Positions 30,477-40,081 of a stretch of 64,000 nt of DNA are shown here, piece after piece; positions within the stretch are counted from its first letter, which is position 1, and each line of letters opens with the position of its first letter. This DNA comes from an uncultured delta proteobacterium (GTDB lineage: Bacteria > Myxococcota_A > Polyangia > Fen-1088), in the NCBI GenBank assembly GCA_963767925.1, contig CAVYGB010000002.1, positions 1,440,001 to 1,504,000 of the forward strand. The letters run 5' to 3'. The translations under genes and the position numbers were made by a program. Under the pieces are notes generated by a model. It was not told where the DNA came from and did no database searches. It was given only the letters and a program-made list of their open reading frames with translations.

Positions 30477-31433
30477 ATGGACGGTCCCGACCGCAGCGAA
30501 GGCACCCCCGACAGCGCAGCCACGAATCCCGAGCAGTCCGCCGAGAAGCCGCGCCCCGGCGCGCGCGACTTCGATCCGGAGGTGTGGAACCTGTTCGACA
30601 AATACGTGCACGGCTTCCTGGACCGTCGCGGCTTCATCGAGGCGGCCGGCAAGTTCGCGGTGGGCGGCGTGACGGCCGCCGGGCTGCTCGAGGTGCTGAG
30701 CCCGCGCTTCGCCGAGGCCCAGCAGATCGCGCCGACCGACAAGCGGATCAAGGTGAGCCAGCTCGACATCGAATCGCCGCAGGGCTCGGGCAAGATCCGG
30801 GGCTACCTGGTGCGGCCGGCCGCCGGCAAGCGCAAGCTGCCCGCCGTGCTGGTGGTGCACGAGAACCGGGGGCTCAACCCGCACATCGAGGACGTGACCC
30901 GCCGGATGGCGCTGGAGGGCTTCGTCGCCCTGGCCCCCGACGCCCTCACCACGCTGGGCGGCTACCCCGGCGACGAGGACAAGGCGCGCGAGCTGTTCGG
31001 CAAGCTCGACCAGGACAAGATCCGCGAGGACTTCGTCGCGGCGGTGGCCTTCCTGAAGAAACACCCCGACAGCACCGCCAAGGTGGGCGTTGTCGGCTTC
31101 TGCTACGGCGGCGCCATCGCCAACATGCTGGCCACCCGCGTCCCCGACCTCGGCGGCGCGGTCCCCTTCTATGGCCGCCAGCCCACCGCGGAGGAGGCCG
31201 CCAGGATCAAGGCCCCCCTGCTCATCCACTACGCCGAGAACGACGAGCGGGTGAACGCCGGCGCGGCCGCCTACGAGGAGGCGCTGAAGGCCGCCAAGGT
31301 CAAGCACGAGGTCTTCAAGTACGCCGGCACCCAGCACGGCTTCAACAACGACACCACCCCCCGCTACGACAAGGCCGCCGCCACCCAGGCCTGGCAACGC
31401 ACCATCGCCTTCTTCAAGAAGAACCTCGCCTGA
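30477..31433 (+). CDS. Dienelactone hydrolase family protein (YghX-like)
   Basis: 'FDKYVHG.LDRRGF', 'HENRGLNPHIED', nucleophile 'GFCYGG', 'QHGFNNDTTPRY'. Confidence 0.95.
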   Translation: MDGPDRSEGTPDSAATNPEQSAEKPRPGARDFDPEVWNLFDKYVHGFLDRRGFIEAAGKFAVGGVTAAGLLEVLSPRFAEAQQIAPTDKRIKVSQLDIESPQGSGKIRGYLVRPAAGKRKLPAVLVVHENRGLNPHIEDVTRRMALEGFVALAPDALTTLGGYPGDEDKARELFGKLDQDKIREDFVAAVAFLKKHPDSTAKVGVVGFCYGGAIANMLATRVPDLGGAVPFYGRQPTAEEAARIKAPLLIHYAENDERVNAGAAAYEEALKAAKVKHEVFKYAGTQHGFNNDTTPRYDKAAATQAWQRTIAFFKKNLA

Positions 31434-31650
31434 CAGTTTTCCGCGTCCGAGCAGGCGCCCGTCCCCGTCCCCGTATGCGTCCCCGTCCCCGTCCCTGCGG
31501 CGGCCCTCCCAGCACGACTCGCCGAGCATCCTGACGACGCGGACCAGGAGAGACCGTTCCGTTCTCCAGGTCCGCAAGCACGCGCTCGCCAAGAGAGCCG
31601 GGCAGCACGCTGTCCCAAAGAGGCCGGGCAGCACCCCACCGCTCGCCCTA

Positions 31651-31700
31651 AACTACAGGTGTAGTTGACAGCATCGCCCGCGTGAACTACACCTGTAGTC
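31651..31700 (+). promoter_or_regulatory. Two BlaI/MecI-type operators overlapping a sigma70 promoter
   Basis: AACTACA-GG-TGTAGTT (31651-31666) and AACTACA-CC-TGTAGTC (31685-31700); TTGACA at 31665-31670. Confidence 0.85.
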
Positions 31701-32096
31701 GTGACGCCCGAACCGCTGAGCGACGCGCAGCTGAGCTTCATGACCGCCCTCTGGGAGCTGGGCGAGGGCACCGTCGCCGAAGTCCAGGCCCGCCTCGAGC
31801 AGGGCGGCCGCACGCTCGCCCCCACCACGGTGGCCACCGTCCTGCGGCGGCTGGAGGCCAAGGGCTGGGTCGCCCACCGCGAGGAGGGCCGCGGCTTCGT
31901 CTACCGGGCCGCCATCACCCGCGAGCGAGCCAGCGGCAGTCTGCTACAGCGGCTGACGAGCGCGTTTTTCGGCGGCAACGTCCCGGAGCTGGTGAGCCAG
32001 CTCCTCGACTCGCGTGACGTGAGCCGCCAGGACATCGAGGAGATCAAGCGCCTCATCGAGGCCAAAGAGGGCAGCCTGCCAAGGAGGTCGAAGTGA
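31701..32096 (+). CDS. BlaI/MecI/CopY family repressor
   Basis: 'LSDAQLSFMTALW', 'LAPTTVATVLRRLEAKGWV', 'FFGG'. Confidence 0.93.
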   Translation: MTPEPLSDAQLSFMTALWELGEGTVAEVQARLEQGGRTLAPTTVATVLRRLEAKGWVAHREEGRGFVYRAAITRERASGSLLQRLTSAFFGGNVPELVSQLLDSRDVSRQDIEEIKRLIEAKEGSLPRRSK

Positions 32097-35000
32097 TCCA
32101 CCTGGTCCTGGGAGAAGGTTTTCCAATCTGGGCGAGCTGGGCCATCACCTACCTGCTCCACAGCACCCTCTGCCTCGCCGCCGGAGCCCTGCTCTGCCAC
32201 CCCCGCCTGCGCCTGACCGCGCGCGGTCGCAACCTGGTGTGGCGCGTGGTCCTCCTGGCCCCCCTCGCCACCACGACCTTCCACACCGCCCAGCAATCGC
32301 CGTTTTCCTTCACCACCGTGCACCTTCACCCCCCCGCCCCAGTACTCTCCGTCCGCGCTCCCGCCCCCGCTTCAGTCCTCTCCGTCCGCGCCCCCGCCCC
32401 AGCCCTCTCCGCCCCCGTCCCCGTCCTCCCCGTCCCCGTCCCCGTCCCCGATCCGGAGGAGGTCCCTGGCTGGCGCGCGCCGACCGAAACGATCCGTGGC
32501 CCGCAACCGGGAATGGCGCTCGCCGCCCCGGCTCCCTCTGAGGGATCACCCGCGCGTGAAGCAGGGACCCCGCCCACCCGATCCGCAAGTCTCGGGTCGG
32601 CCCTCTCTGACCGCGCCTCACCCGCGCGATCGGTCGCAGCCCCTCCCGACGCCACCGCTCTTCTCCAGCGGGTGGAACCGGCGCCCCAGCCATTGGCAGG
32701 CCCGCTGGGCAGCGGTCCGAGCGCCCAGACCGGAATCCCCCTCGCGCTCATGCTCACCGCCGCGTTCGCCCTCGTGGCGCTCGGGCGGCTGGCCCGCCTG
32801 GGCGGAGCCGTGGTCCGGTTCCGGCGCGACCTGCGCCCCCGGGTCGCCGTGCACGGCCTCCCGCGGCGCCTGCTCGATCGGCTGTGCGCCCGCGCCGGTG
32901 TCTCGCAGGGCGTTCGCTTGACCAGCTCGGACCGGATCGACTGCCCCATCGCCCTGGGGACCACCGAGATCTGCCTGCCCGTCCGCTCGCTCGACACCCT
33001 CGACGAACGCCTCCTCGCCGCCGTCCTCGCGCACGAGCTGGCCCACCTCGAGCGGCGGGACAACCCCTGGCTCACGACAGGCGTCCTCCTCGAAGCGGTT
33101 CTGTTCTTCCAGCCGGCGCTGCGGGTCGCTCGCCGTCGCCTGCAGCAGAGCGCCGAGCTGGCCTGCGACGATCGCGCCGTCACCCTCACCGACGATCCCG
33201 TCGGCCTCGCGCGTTCGCTCGCCGAGGTCGCCTCCTGGGAGCCGGCCCCCTCCGTCCGGCTGGCCCACGCCATCGCCTCGCCGAGGCGCGGCCTGCTCGA
33301 GCGGGTCGAACGCCTGCTCGCCCCCACGTCCAGCCCCCAGCCCGGCAGCCCCCGCGCCGGCGTCGCCGCCGCCGTCGTGGCGTTTCTCGCCGTGGCCCTG
33401 GGCGCCCCCGCCGTCGTTCCGACCGCGCAAGCCCGCCCCCGGTTCCTGGCCCCATCGGCCGCCGCCGCGCTCACGACCGCCCTCGCCGTCCCCGGCCACA
33501 ACCCCGCCACCGCCTCCCCCCGCCCCCCCGCCGAGCGCCCCTCTGTCGCGCCCTCGGCGCCGAACCGAGCTCCGGAGGCAGCGCGGGCGGTCGAGCGGGC
33601 AACCGCCAAAGTCGCTCAGGCCGCAGCCCGGGAGGAGGCGCGGGCGAGGGAACAGGCAGCGGCTGAAGCGGCGCGAGCGGGTCAGGAGGAGGCGGCGGGC
33701 GAGGGAACAGGCAGCGGCCGACAGCGCGCGAGCGGCTGAAGAGGCTGTCCGGGAGGGCGCGCGGGCGCAGCAGGAGGCCGAGCGAGAAGCCGCCCGCGCC
33801 AGGCAGGCCGCGGAGGCAGAGGCCGTCCGTGCGGGGAACCAGGCGAGCCACGGGGCAGCCCGGGTCCGGCAAGACGCTGCCCGGGAAGCCGCGCGTGCCA
33901 GGCTGCACGCGGAGCAGGAGGTCGTCCGCGCGAGGCGCACGGCGCTCGAGGAGTCTGCCCGGGTAAAACGGGAGGCTCGTGAGATCGTCGAGCGAACGAG
34001 GCGAGAGTCCGCGCGCGACGCCGCTCGGTTTCGCCAGCTCGCAAGCGCCGAAGCCGCGCGCGCGAAGCGGGACGCCCTCGCCGGGGTGGCCCGCGCAAGA
34101 ACCCAGGCCATCGCCGAAGCCGCCCGAGCCCGGATGCAGGCCGCCAGCGATTCCGCGCGCGCGAAGCAACAAGCGAGGGCAGAGGCCGCGCGAGCCCAGC
34201 AGCAGGCGTCCGCCGATATCGCCCAGGCCAGCCAACGCGCCAGCGAAGAAGCCGCCCGGGCAAAGCATCGCGCCAGCGAAGAAGGTCCCGGCGCGCCCCC
34301 CGGAGCCGCCTCCCCGCGAACACTTTCGCCGCCCGCCGCTCCGTCCGCCACTCCCAAACCTCGCACCTGGTCACCCCTTCCCGTCTCACCCCCACCCCGG
34401 CCCCCCTCGCCGCCGCCGCCGTCCGCCTCGCCCCCGCCTGGGGCCTCCAGGACCCCGGCTCCGTCCCCGCCGCCGCTCGCCTCGCACGCAACGAACCCGG
34501 ATGTGCCGCCGGCACCCCGCCCGCCCCGCGCCACGTCCCCGGCCACCCAATCCAGCTCCCTTGCCTTCGCAACACCCCCTCTGCCTCCTGCCCCATCGCC
34601 CCCGGCAGCGGTACCAGCGCCAGTGCCTCTCGCCCTGCCGCCCGGGTTTCAGGTGGCGCCGCAGCCCCCGGTCCCGCCGTCGCCCCCGGCAGCGGTACCA
34701 GCGCCAGTGCCTCTCGCCCTGCCGCCCGGGTTTCAGGTGGCGCCGCAGCCCCCGGTCCCGCCGTCGCCCCCGGCAGCGGTACCAGCGCCAGTGCCTCTCG
34801 CCCTGCCGCCCGGGTTTCAGGTGGCGCCGCAGCCCCCGGTCCCGCCGTCGCCCCCCGCCGCGGCACCTGCGCGGCCCGCCGCGCTCGATTCACCACCTGT
34901 GCCTCCCGCCCCGCCCCGGCCACGCCGGGCGCCATCTGCCCGGCCGCCGGCGGGGCCAGCCATGTCTCCTGCTCCTCCCGCGGCCCCCCGACCGCCGCGA

Positions 35001-35102
35001 CCCGCGATGCCAGCAGCGCGGGGGTCTTCCGCTGCGGCTCCTCTTGCCCCGGCAGCTCCTGTGCCTGCAGCCGTTGTTGCCCCGGGCCCGTCGGGCCGGT
35101 GA
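32093..35102 (+). pseudogene. BlaR1/MecR1-like M56 peptidase with a coiled-coil and Pro-rich tail, split by a +1 frameshift at about 33695
   Basis: 'LLHST', 'AVLAHELAHLERRD', 'ELACD'; an extra G in GAGGAGGCG-G-CGGGCG; removing it joins the 32093 frame to the 34086-35102 frame. Confidence 0.8.
34596..34847 (+). repeat. Three perfect 84-bp tandem repeats (SPPAAVPAPVPLALPPGFQVAPQPPVPP)
   Basis: Units start at 34596, 34680 and 34764. Confidence 0.95.
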
Positions 35103-35505
35103 CGAGGCTGCGCGTGCGGCTGCGGCGGTTAGCCCCTGACCGATGCCACCGGCCCGGCGAAGGACCGGGTTGAAAACGATTCGGGCGGGTTCGAGGGCGG
35201 CGGCGCAGGCATCAGGCAAGGGGAGGAGATAACGTCGGACCGTGCGCGGAGGATTGCTCGAGCAGCGGTGGCATCGGGCCAGGCTGAATCGGCCGAGGCA
35301 GGCGGGCGCCAGCCGAGAGAACGCGTGGCGATTCGCGAGCGGAGGGCGCGAGAGGGGCGTGCGCGGACGCACAGTCCTGCTGGAGCGGCTCAGGCCGGCG
35401 TTCTCGCGTCAACCCAGGATGCGCGCGCGCGAGCAAAACAGCGTACGATGCTATCGGTCCCGGCCAGGAGAACCGGACCTACCTATTGCTCGAGGAGACT
35501 CTTCC

Positions 35506-36378
35506 ATGAAATTACCTGGGCTCGCTTCTCTGCTTGCGGTGGCTGTCGCTTTCTCGACAGCCGGGTTCGGTTGTGAAGACGACATTCCCGTAAGGCGCGA
35601 CGCCTCGGCCGGGCGAGATGGCTCGACAGACAGGGGCACCGACGGGGCTGGCGGCCGGGATGGGTCGCTGGACACCGCTGGACCCGACGCCGCGGTCGAC
35701 GCCCCCGCCGACGCTACTCCCGACACGACCACGGACGTGCCAGTAGATTCACCCGTCGACACGGCGACTCCGGATGCGCCCCCGGACACCGTCCCGCCGG
35801 ACACGGCGCTGCCGGACACGCGCCCGCCGGACACGGCCCCGCCGGACACGGCCCCGCCCGACACCGCGCCGCCCGACACCGCGCCGCCGGACACGGCCCT
35901 GCCCGACACCGCGCTGCCGGACACCGGAACGGCCGACACCGCGACCGTCGTCGCGAGCTGCGCCGAGATCAACTGTCCGGCGCTCCTGGCCGCCACCAAC
36001 CAGTGTCCGGGTGACAACATCACCTGCCGCGTGCGGACCGTCCCCGCTTCCGACCCCGAGGTCAAACACATCTGCCTCATGAACGGGGTGAAGAAGGTGT
36101 CGACCGCCACCGACAACGGCGTCACCCTGGCGGTGACCACCATGGCCGGCGCCGCCTGTTACACCCTGGAGGTCGACCACCCGGCGGTCGGCCCGGAGCT
36201 CTGGATCTTCAAGGCTCCCGCCGGCGCCGAGCTGGCCCGGGTCGTCGTCGGCGCCAGCTCCGCCATCCTGACCTGCGCGGCCAACAACGCGGTCTACGAC
36301 ATCACGAACGCGGGCTGCGACGGCATGGAAGGCGAGGGCGACGGCTGCATCGCCGACCCCACCTGCATCGTCCCGTAA
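35506..36378 (+). CDS. Lipoprotein with a PDT(A)P repeat stalk and a Cys-rich C-terminal domain
   Basis: GGAGA RBS; signal ending 'GFGC'; ten PDTxx units; 10 Cys in the C-terminal domain. Confidence 0.8.
   Translation: MKLPGLASLLAVAVAFSTAGFGCEDDIPVRRDASAGRDGSTDRGTDGAGGRDGSLDTAGPDAAVDAPADATPDTTTDVPVDSPVDTATPDAPPDTVPPDTALPDTRPPDTAPPDTAPPDTAPPDTAPPDTALPDTALPDTGTADTATVVASCAEINCPALLAATNQCPGDNITCRVRTVPASDPEVKHICLMNGVKKVSTATDNGVTLAVTTMAGAACYTLEVDHPAVGPELWIFKAPAGAELARVVVGASSAILTCAANNAVYDITNAGCDGMEGEGDGCIADPTCIVP
35782..35940 (+). repeat. 15-bp coding tandem repeat (PDTxx, 10-11 copies)
   Basis: CC(G/C)GACAC(C/G)-N6 periodicity. Confidence 0.9.
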
Positions 36379-36434
36379 CACCCGCTCCGGCGCCCACCTG
36401 GCGCCCAGGCCCTGGCGCACCCACCTTCTGACGA

Positions 36435-36466
36435 CGTCGACGTTCCCCCCAAAAGGAACGTCGACG
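36435..36466. other. 12-bp stem hairpin downstream of the lipoprotein gene (possible terminator)
   Basis: CGTCGACGTTCC ... GGAACGTCGACG; no U-tract. Confidence 0.5.
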
Positions 36467-36486
36467 CGTCAAGGCAGGGAGGGAAC

Positions 36487-37245
36487 ATGCGGAAGGGCTC
36501 CGGTGGTGGACGAGGCAACGCGGGCAAACCCCGCCGGCGCCCAGCGGGCGCCGACCGCAGGCCCCGCCCCGCCCCCAGACCCGGACCCGGTTTGCCCACC
36601 GCCAGCCCCCCGGCCCGGGCGGCCGCCGTTTCACCACCCCCATCCGAGAAGCCGCCAGCTCGTGGCGAGGCCCCTCCGCCCGCCCGTCCGAAGGCTGCCG
36701 CGCCCGCCCGCAAGAAGGCCGCCGTGACCGCCCGACCCGTCAGCGGATCGCCAGGCCAGCCAGAGACGGCCTCACCATCCCGCTCCGCCAAAGGGTCGTC
36801 CGCGCACACCGACGCGCCGCCGTCCCGTTCCGCCGGTGAACCGGAGGTGAAGCCAGCGGGCGCCGAAGCCCGTGAATCGCGCGCTGGCGAGCCCGTGCTT
36901 CGATCTCCGCGCCGAGTCGGTCCGGAATCAGGCCAGGGCGATCGGACGCTGCCAGCTCCCCGCAAGGGGCAGAAGAAGCGGGCCCCTGGGCACCCCGGCC
37001 CTGGGCCTTCCCTGCAGCGACCTTCCAGCACGGCGGCGAGCTCTCCCGCGGCTGCGCCGGGCTCCGGGAACATGGGTGCCGGGAAAGGCGCCACCGGGTC
37101 TGTCGACACGGCCGGGGCGCTCCTTGGCCGAGCCTTGGGCTGGCTGACCCGTCACCCCACCGAGGTGGCCCTCGGCGTCGGCAGCGTCGTCCTCGCCGTG
37201 CGGTGCCTGCGGGCGGTCGGCGGCCTCCTGCGTAGCCGGCGCTGA
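36487..37245 (+). CDS. Possible low-complexity basic protein with a C-terminal hydrophobic segment
   Basis: GGGAGG before the ATG; fills the intergenic gap; no recognisable domain. Confidence 0.3.
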   Translation: MRKGSGGGRGNAGKPRRRPAGADRRPRPAPRPGPGLPTASPPARAAAVSPPPSEKPPARGEAPPPARPKAAAPARKKAAVTARPVSGSPGQPETASPSRSAKGSSAHTDAPPSRSAGEPEVKPAGAEARESRAGEPVLRSPRRVGPESGQGDRTLPAPRKGQKKRAPGHPGPGPSLQRPSSTAASSPAAAPGSGNMGAGKGATGSVDTAGALLGRALGWLTRHPTEVALGVGSVVLAVRCLRAVGGLLRSRR

Positions 37246-37341
37246 ACCAGTAGTCGCCCAGGCTGCGTGGGTCTCGCTTCGACCGCGCTCCGGCAGCGTC
37301 GGGCCTCCCGGGCGGCCGTCGACCGCACTCACGGTACCCCG

Positions 37342-37386
37342 AAAAAACTCGACCCCGCTCCCTCCGTGAAGAGGGGCGGGGTCGGG
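37342..37386 (-). terminator. Rho-independent terminator for the 37431-38429 gene
   Basis: GC-rich stem followed by T6 on the minus strand (A6 at 37342-37347). Confidence 0.8.
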
Positions 37387-37430
37387 TAGGGCTGAACAGC
37401 GGGTGCTGTCTAGCCTATGTGGGCGCTTTG

Positions 37431-38429
37431 TTAGCGACCCATGCCGTTCCAGGTGTAGAGGAGGGCGGCCTCGAGGAGCGCCTGGCCGTCAGCGTTGAGG
37501 TCGTCGTCATTGAGGGCTTCCTCGCTGACGAAGAACCCGACGCGGCGGTTGCGGGCCTCGCGGGTGGCGTTGTTGTCGTCCTCGGCCAGCTCGGCGCCAG
37601 CCTCGTACACGAAGATCGTGGCCTCGTCGTTGTCCCCGGGGTTGGTGGCAAGAATCTCGGCGTCGCCGGCCGGTTCGCCGAAAATGATGTCGTTGTCGTC
37701 GTTGTAGACCTCGACCTCCTCATCGCTGAGATTGCCGAGCGCGGCCGTGATCGGGTGTTTGTCGTCCTGGATCTCGATCTCCTGGTCGTTCTCGACGTCG
37801 CCGTCGTTCTCCTCGACCATCTGCATCTCTTCGAGGACGGCATCGTTCATGACGATGACGGGCTTGTTGCTGAGCAGATACTCGTCCTGCACCTGGTTCT
37901 GGTTTGCGCTGGAGGAGATGATGACGAGACCGTAGCTCTGGCCAGCGACGTTGGAGTCGTCGGCGTCGTCCACGACCACGACGAAGAAGTCCATGTCGTC
38001 CTCGAGGATCTGCTGGAGGACCTCGTCACCGGTGTTCTGGGTGTTGTCCCCGTCACCAACTACGATCAGGGCCTCCTTCATGCCGACCGGAGGCGTCGGG
38101 CGTGAGGGGGGCGGAGGAGCCGGCGGCGCCGCAGGCGGAGCCACCACCGGAGGAGCGGGCGGGGGAGCCGGGGCCGGAGGAGGAGCCGGGGCCGGGGGAG
38201 GAGCTGCCGGAATCGGAGCCGGAGCCGGAGGAGGAGCCGGCGGCGGGTACACGACCGGCGGAGCTACCGGCGATGCGTTAGTACCGCGCGTACCATCGAG
38301 GTTGCCTTGGCACGCCGTGACGAGCCCTGCTGCAAGCATCAGGGCAACAGCGCCCGCCCCATTGAGCGGGAACCGTAGGGAGGAGGTTTTGGATCGCGAA
38401 TTGGGGGCCGGGAGGTGTGTTTTTGCCAC
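37431..38429 (-). CDS. Lipoprotein with a Pro-rich linker and a very acidic alpha/beta (class I GATase/ThuA-like) domain
   Basis: Lipobox 'VTAC'; 'EALIVVG', 'LVIISSS', 'HPITAAL', 'IFVYEAGA', 'RRVGFF'; paralogue of 40082-41059. Confidence 0.75.
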   Translation of the reverse strand: MAKTHLPAPNSRSKTSSLRFPLNGAGAVALMLAAGLVTACQGNLDGTRGTNASPVAPPVVYPPPAPPPAPAPIPAAPPPAPAPPPAPAPPPAPPVVAPPAAPPAPPPPSRPTPPVGMKEALIVVGDGDNTQNTGDEVLQQILEDDMDFFVVVVDDADDSNVAGQSYGLVIISSSANQNQVQDEYLLSNKPVIVMNDAVLEEMQMVEENDGDVENDQEIEIQDDKHPITAALGNLSDEEVEVYNDDNDIIFGEPAGDAEILATNPGDNDEATIFVYEAGAELAEDDNNATREARNRRVGFFVSEEALNDDDLNADGQALLEAALLYTWNGMGR

Positions 38430-38984
38430 AGTACCCTTTCAGTGGCTCGAGGTCCGCGGAGGTGCTCTCAAAATGCATCCGCGGAGCGTCAAGCCACGCA
38501 TTGTTTTTGGTTAGCGCCTATACGTAATCTTTTTCAGATGGTGCACGCAGAGATGACACGAATGGCCAACTCGGCAAGGGCTCCCGCGTTCCCGGGAGGA
38601 TCCGCCACGTCATGGCGGATGGGAACACTGGTAAGTGGCTCGGAGCGCCCTGGGCCGTCACTCGATAGCGGAACCCGGGCCGTCGACCGATTGTCCGTGC
38701 AGTTCAAGGTACTTCTCTTTCTGCCCGGAACCCCGAGGCCTCCTGGCCCTCCTACCCCGGTCAGAGGGAGAAAAGCCAAAAAACCGCGTGGATTCGGCCC
38801 AACGTGGGCGATTCCTGAGCCGTCAGATCCCTACAAGTAACCCTTTCGGGTCCTGAGGGCAAGCGCAAGCAGGCTACTGGCCAGCATCGCCAAGCGAATT
38901 TTCTGCATCCGGGCCCACCGGTTTCCCGTGGCATCGTTCCCACGCGCTTTCGCCCGACGCCTTCTGTTGTTATGGTCTGGCGCG

Positions 38985-40076
38985 ATGTCCGAGCCTCCTC
39001 TGGCTTCTGCGCTGGTCCTCGCCGCCTTGCTCGCGGGCCCCGCCGCCCTCGCCACGCAGAGCGGCCCGCCGGTCGGCGAAGTGGAAGAGCTCATCAACGA
39101 AGCCAACCGCCTCCGCTACAGCGGCGACGACCAGGGGGCCCTCCCCCTGCTGGTCCGCGCCTACCAGATCGACCCCAAGCCTCGCACCGCCGTCCAGCTC
39201 GGCCTCGTCGAGACGGCCCTCGGACGCTGGGCGGACGCCGACCGGCACCTCACCGAGGGGTTGAAGGCGGGTGGAGATCCCTTCATCCAGAAGAACCGCG
39301 ACGTGATCGTCGAGTCGCTGCGGAACGCGAAGCTGAAGGTCGGAAGCCTCGAGATCAATGGGGACCCCCCGGGAGCCGAGGTGCTCGTGAACGGCGTGCC
39401 GGTGGGCACGCTGCCGCTGTCGACCCCGGTGCGGGTGAACGCGGGCACGGCCGACGTCGAGGTTCGTGCTACCGGGTTTCAGGCTCATGCGCGCAGCGTG
39501 GCCGTGCCTGCTCAGCATCTCCAGTCGATCGTGATTCGGCTTGCCCCACTGGTAGTAGCGACGGGGCAGGGCGCCGGCGGCGGCGTCCCCGAGCCGGTGG
39601 GCGGGCCGGATCCGGCTGGCACCGACCTCCTCGAGCGTGAAGCAGCCGCCCGCCCGGAGCGGTCGCGCGCCGCCTGGTGGTGGATCCGCATGGGCGCCAC
39701 GGCGGCGGCCCTCGGGTCGGCGGCCCTGGGCGCCTACGGTTTCCTATCTCACGAGCAGAAGGTCGGCGCGTTCCGGGACAAGACCGATCCAGCGAATCGA
39801 CCGAGATGCTTCGAGCGCGGCAACGCCGTCGTCGACGCTGACGGGAAGCCGGCCGGCTCGGACTGCGTCGCCCTGCGATCGGAGTACGAGCAGGCCCGGA
39901 CAGTCACGATGGCCGGCGCGGTCGGCGCGGGTGTGTCGTCGGCGCTGGCCATCGTGCTGTGGATCGTGCGGCCTGACGACCCCCCGACTCGGGCAGCGGT
40001 GGGCGCTTCGCCGCGGGGCCTGTCGGTTGCTGTCGGTTCAGCCGGTGTCCAGACCGCGTACCGGTTCGCCTTCTGA
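38985..40076 (+). CDS. TPR + PEGA domain protein
   Basis: Signal peptide; TPR 'RAYQIDPKPRTAVQLGL'; PEGA 'PPGAEVLVNGVPVGTLPL'; hydrophobic hairpin; ends 'YRFAF'. Confidence 0.88.
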   Translation: MSEPPLASALVLAALLAGPAALATQSGPPVGEVEELINEANRLRYSGDDQGALPLLVRAYQIDPKPRTAVQLGLVETALGRWADADRHLTEGLKAGGDPFIQKNRDVIVESLRNAKLKVGSLEINGDPPGAEVLVNGVPVGTLPLSTPVRVNAGTADVEVRATGFQAHARSVAVPAQHLQSIVIRLAPLVVATGQGAGGGVPEPVGGPDPAGTDLLEREAAARPERSRAAWWWIRMGATAAALGSAALGAYGFLSHEQKVGAFRDKTDPANRPRCFERGNAVVDADGKPAGSDCVALRSEYEQARTVTMAGAVGAGVSSALAIVLWIVRPDDPPTRAAVGASPRGLSVAVGSAGVQTAYRFAF

Positions 40077-40081
40077 GCGTC

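Noticed and set aside
31459..31634. (CCCGTC)n microsatellite and a GCCGGGCAGCAC direct repeat
   Set aside because: Short low-complexity repeats with no supportable function. A similar hexamer run occurs in coding sequence at about 32414-32450.
34596..35940. Tandem repeats as a possible CRISPR array
   Set aside because: Units are contiguous, multiples of 3 and coding, with no unique spacers and no cas genes.
38704..38730. TCAAG-N14-GCCCGGAA as another sigma28-type promoter
   Set aside because: The -10 element lacks the CGA core and lies about 250 nt from the next start.
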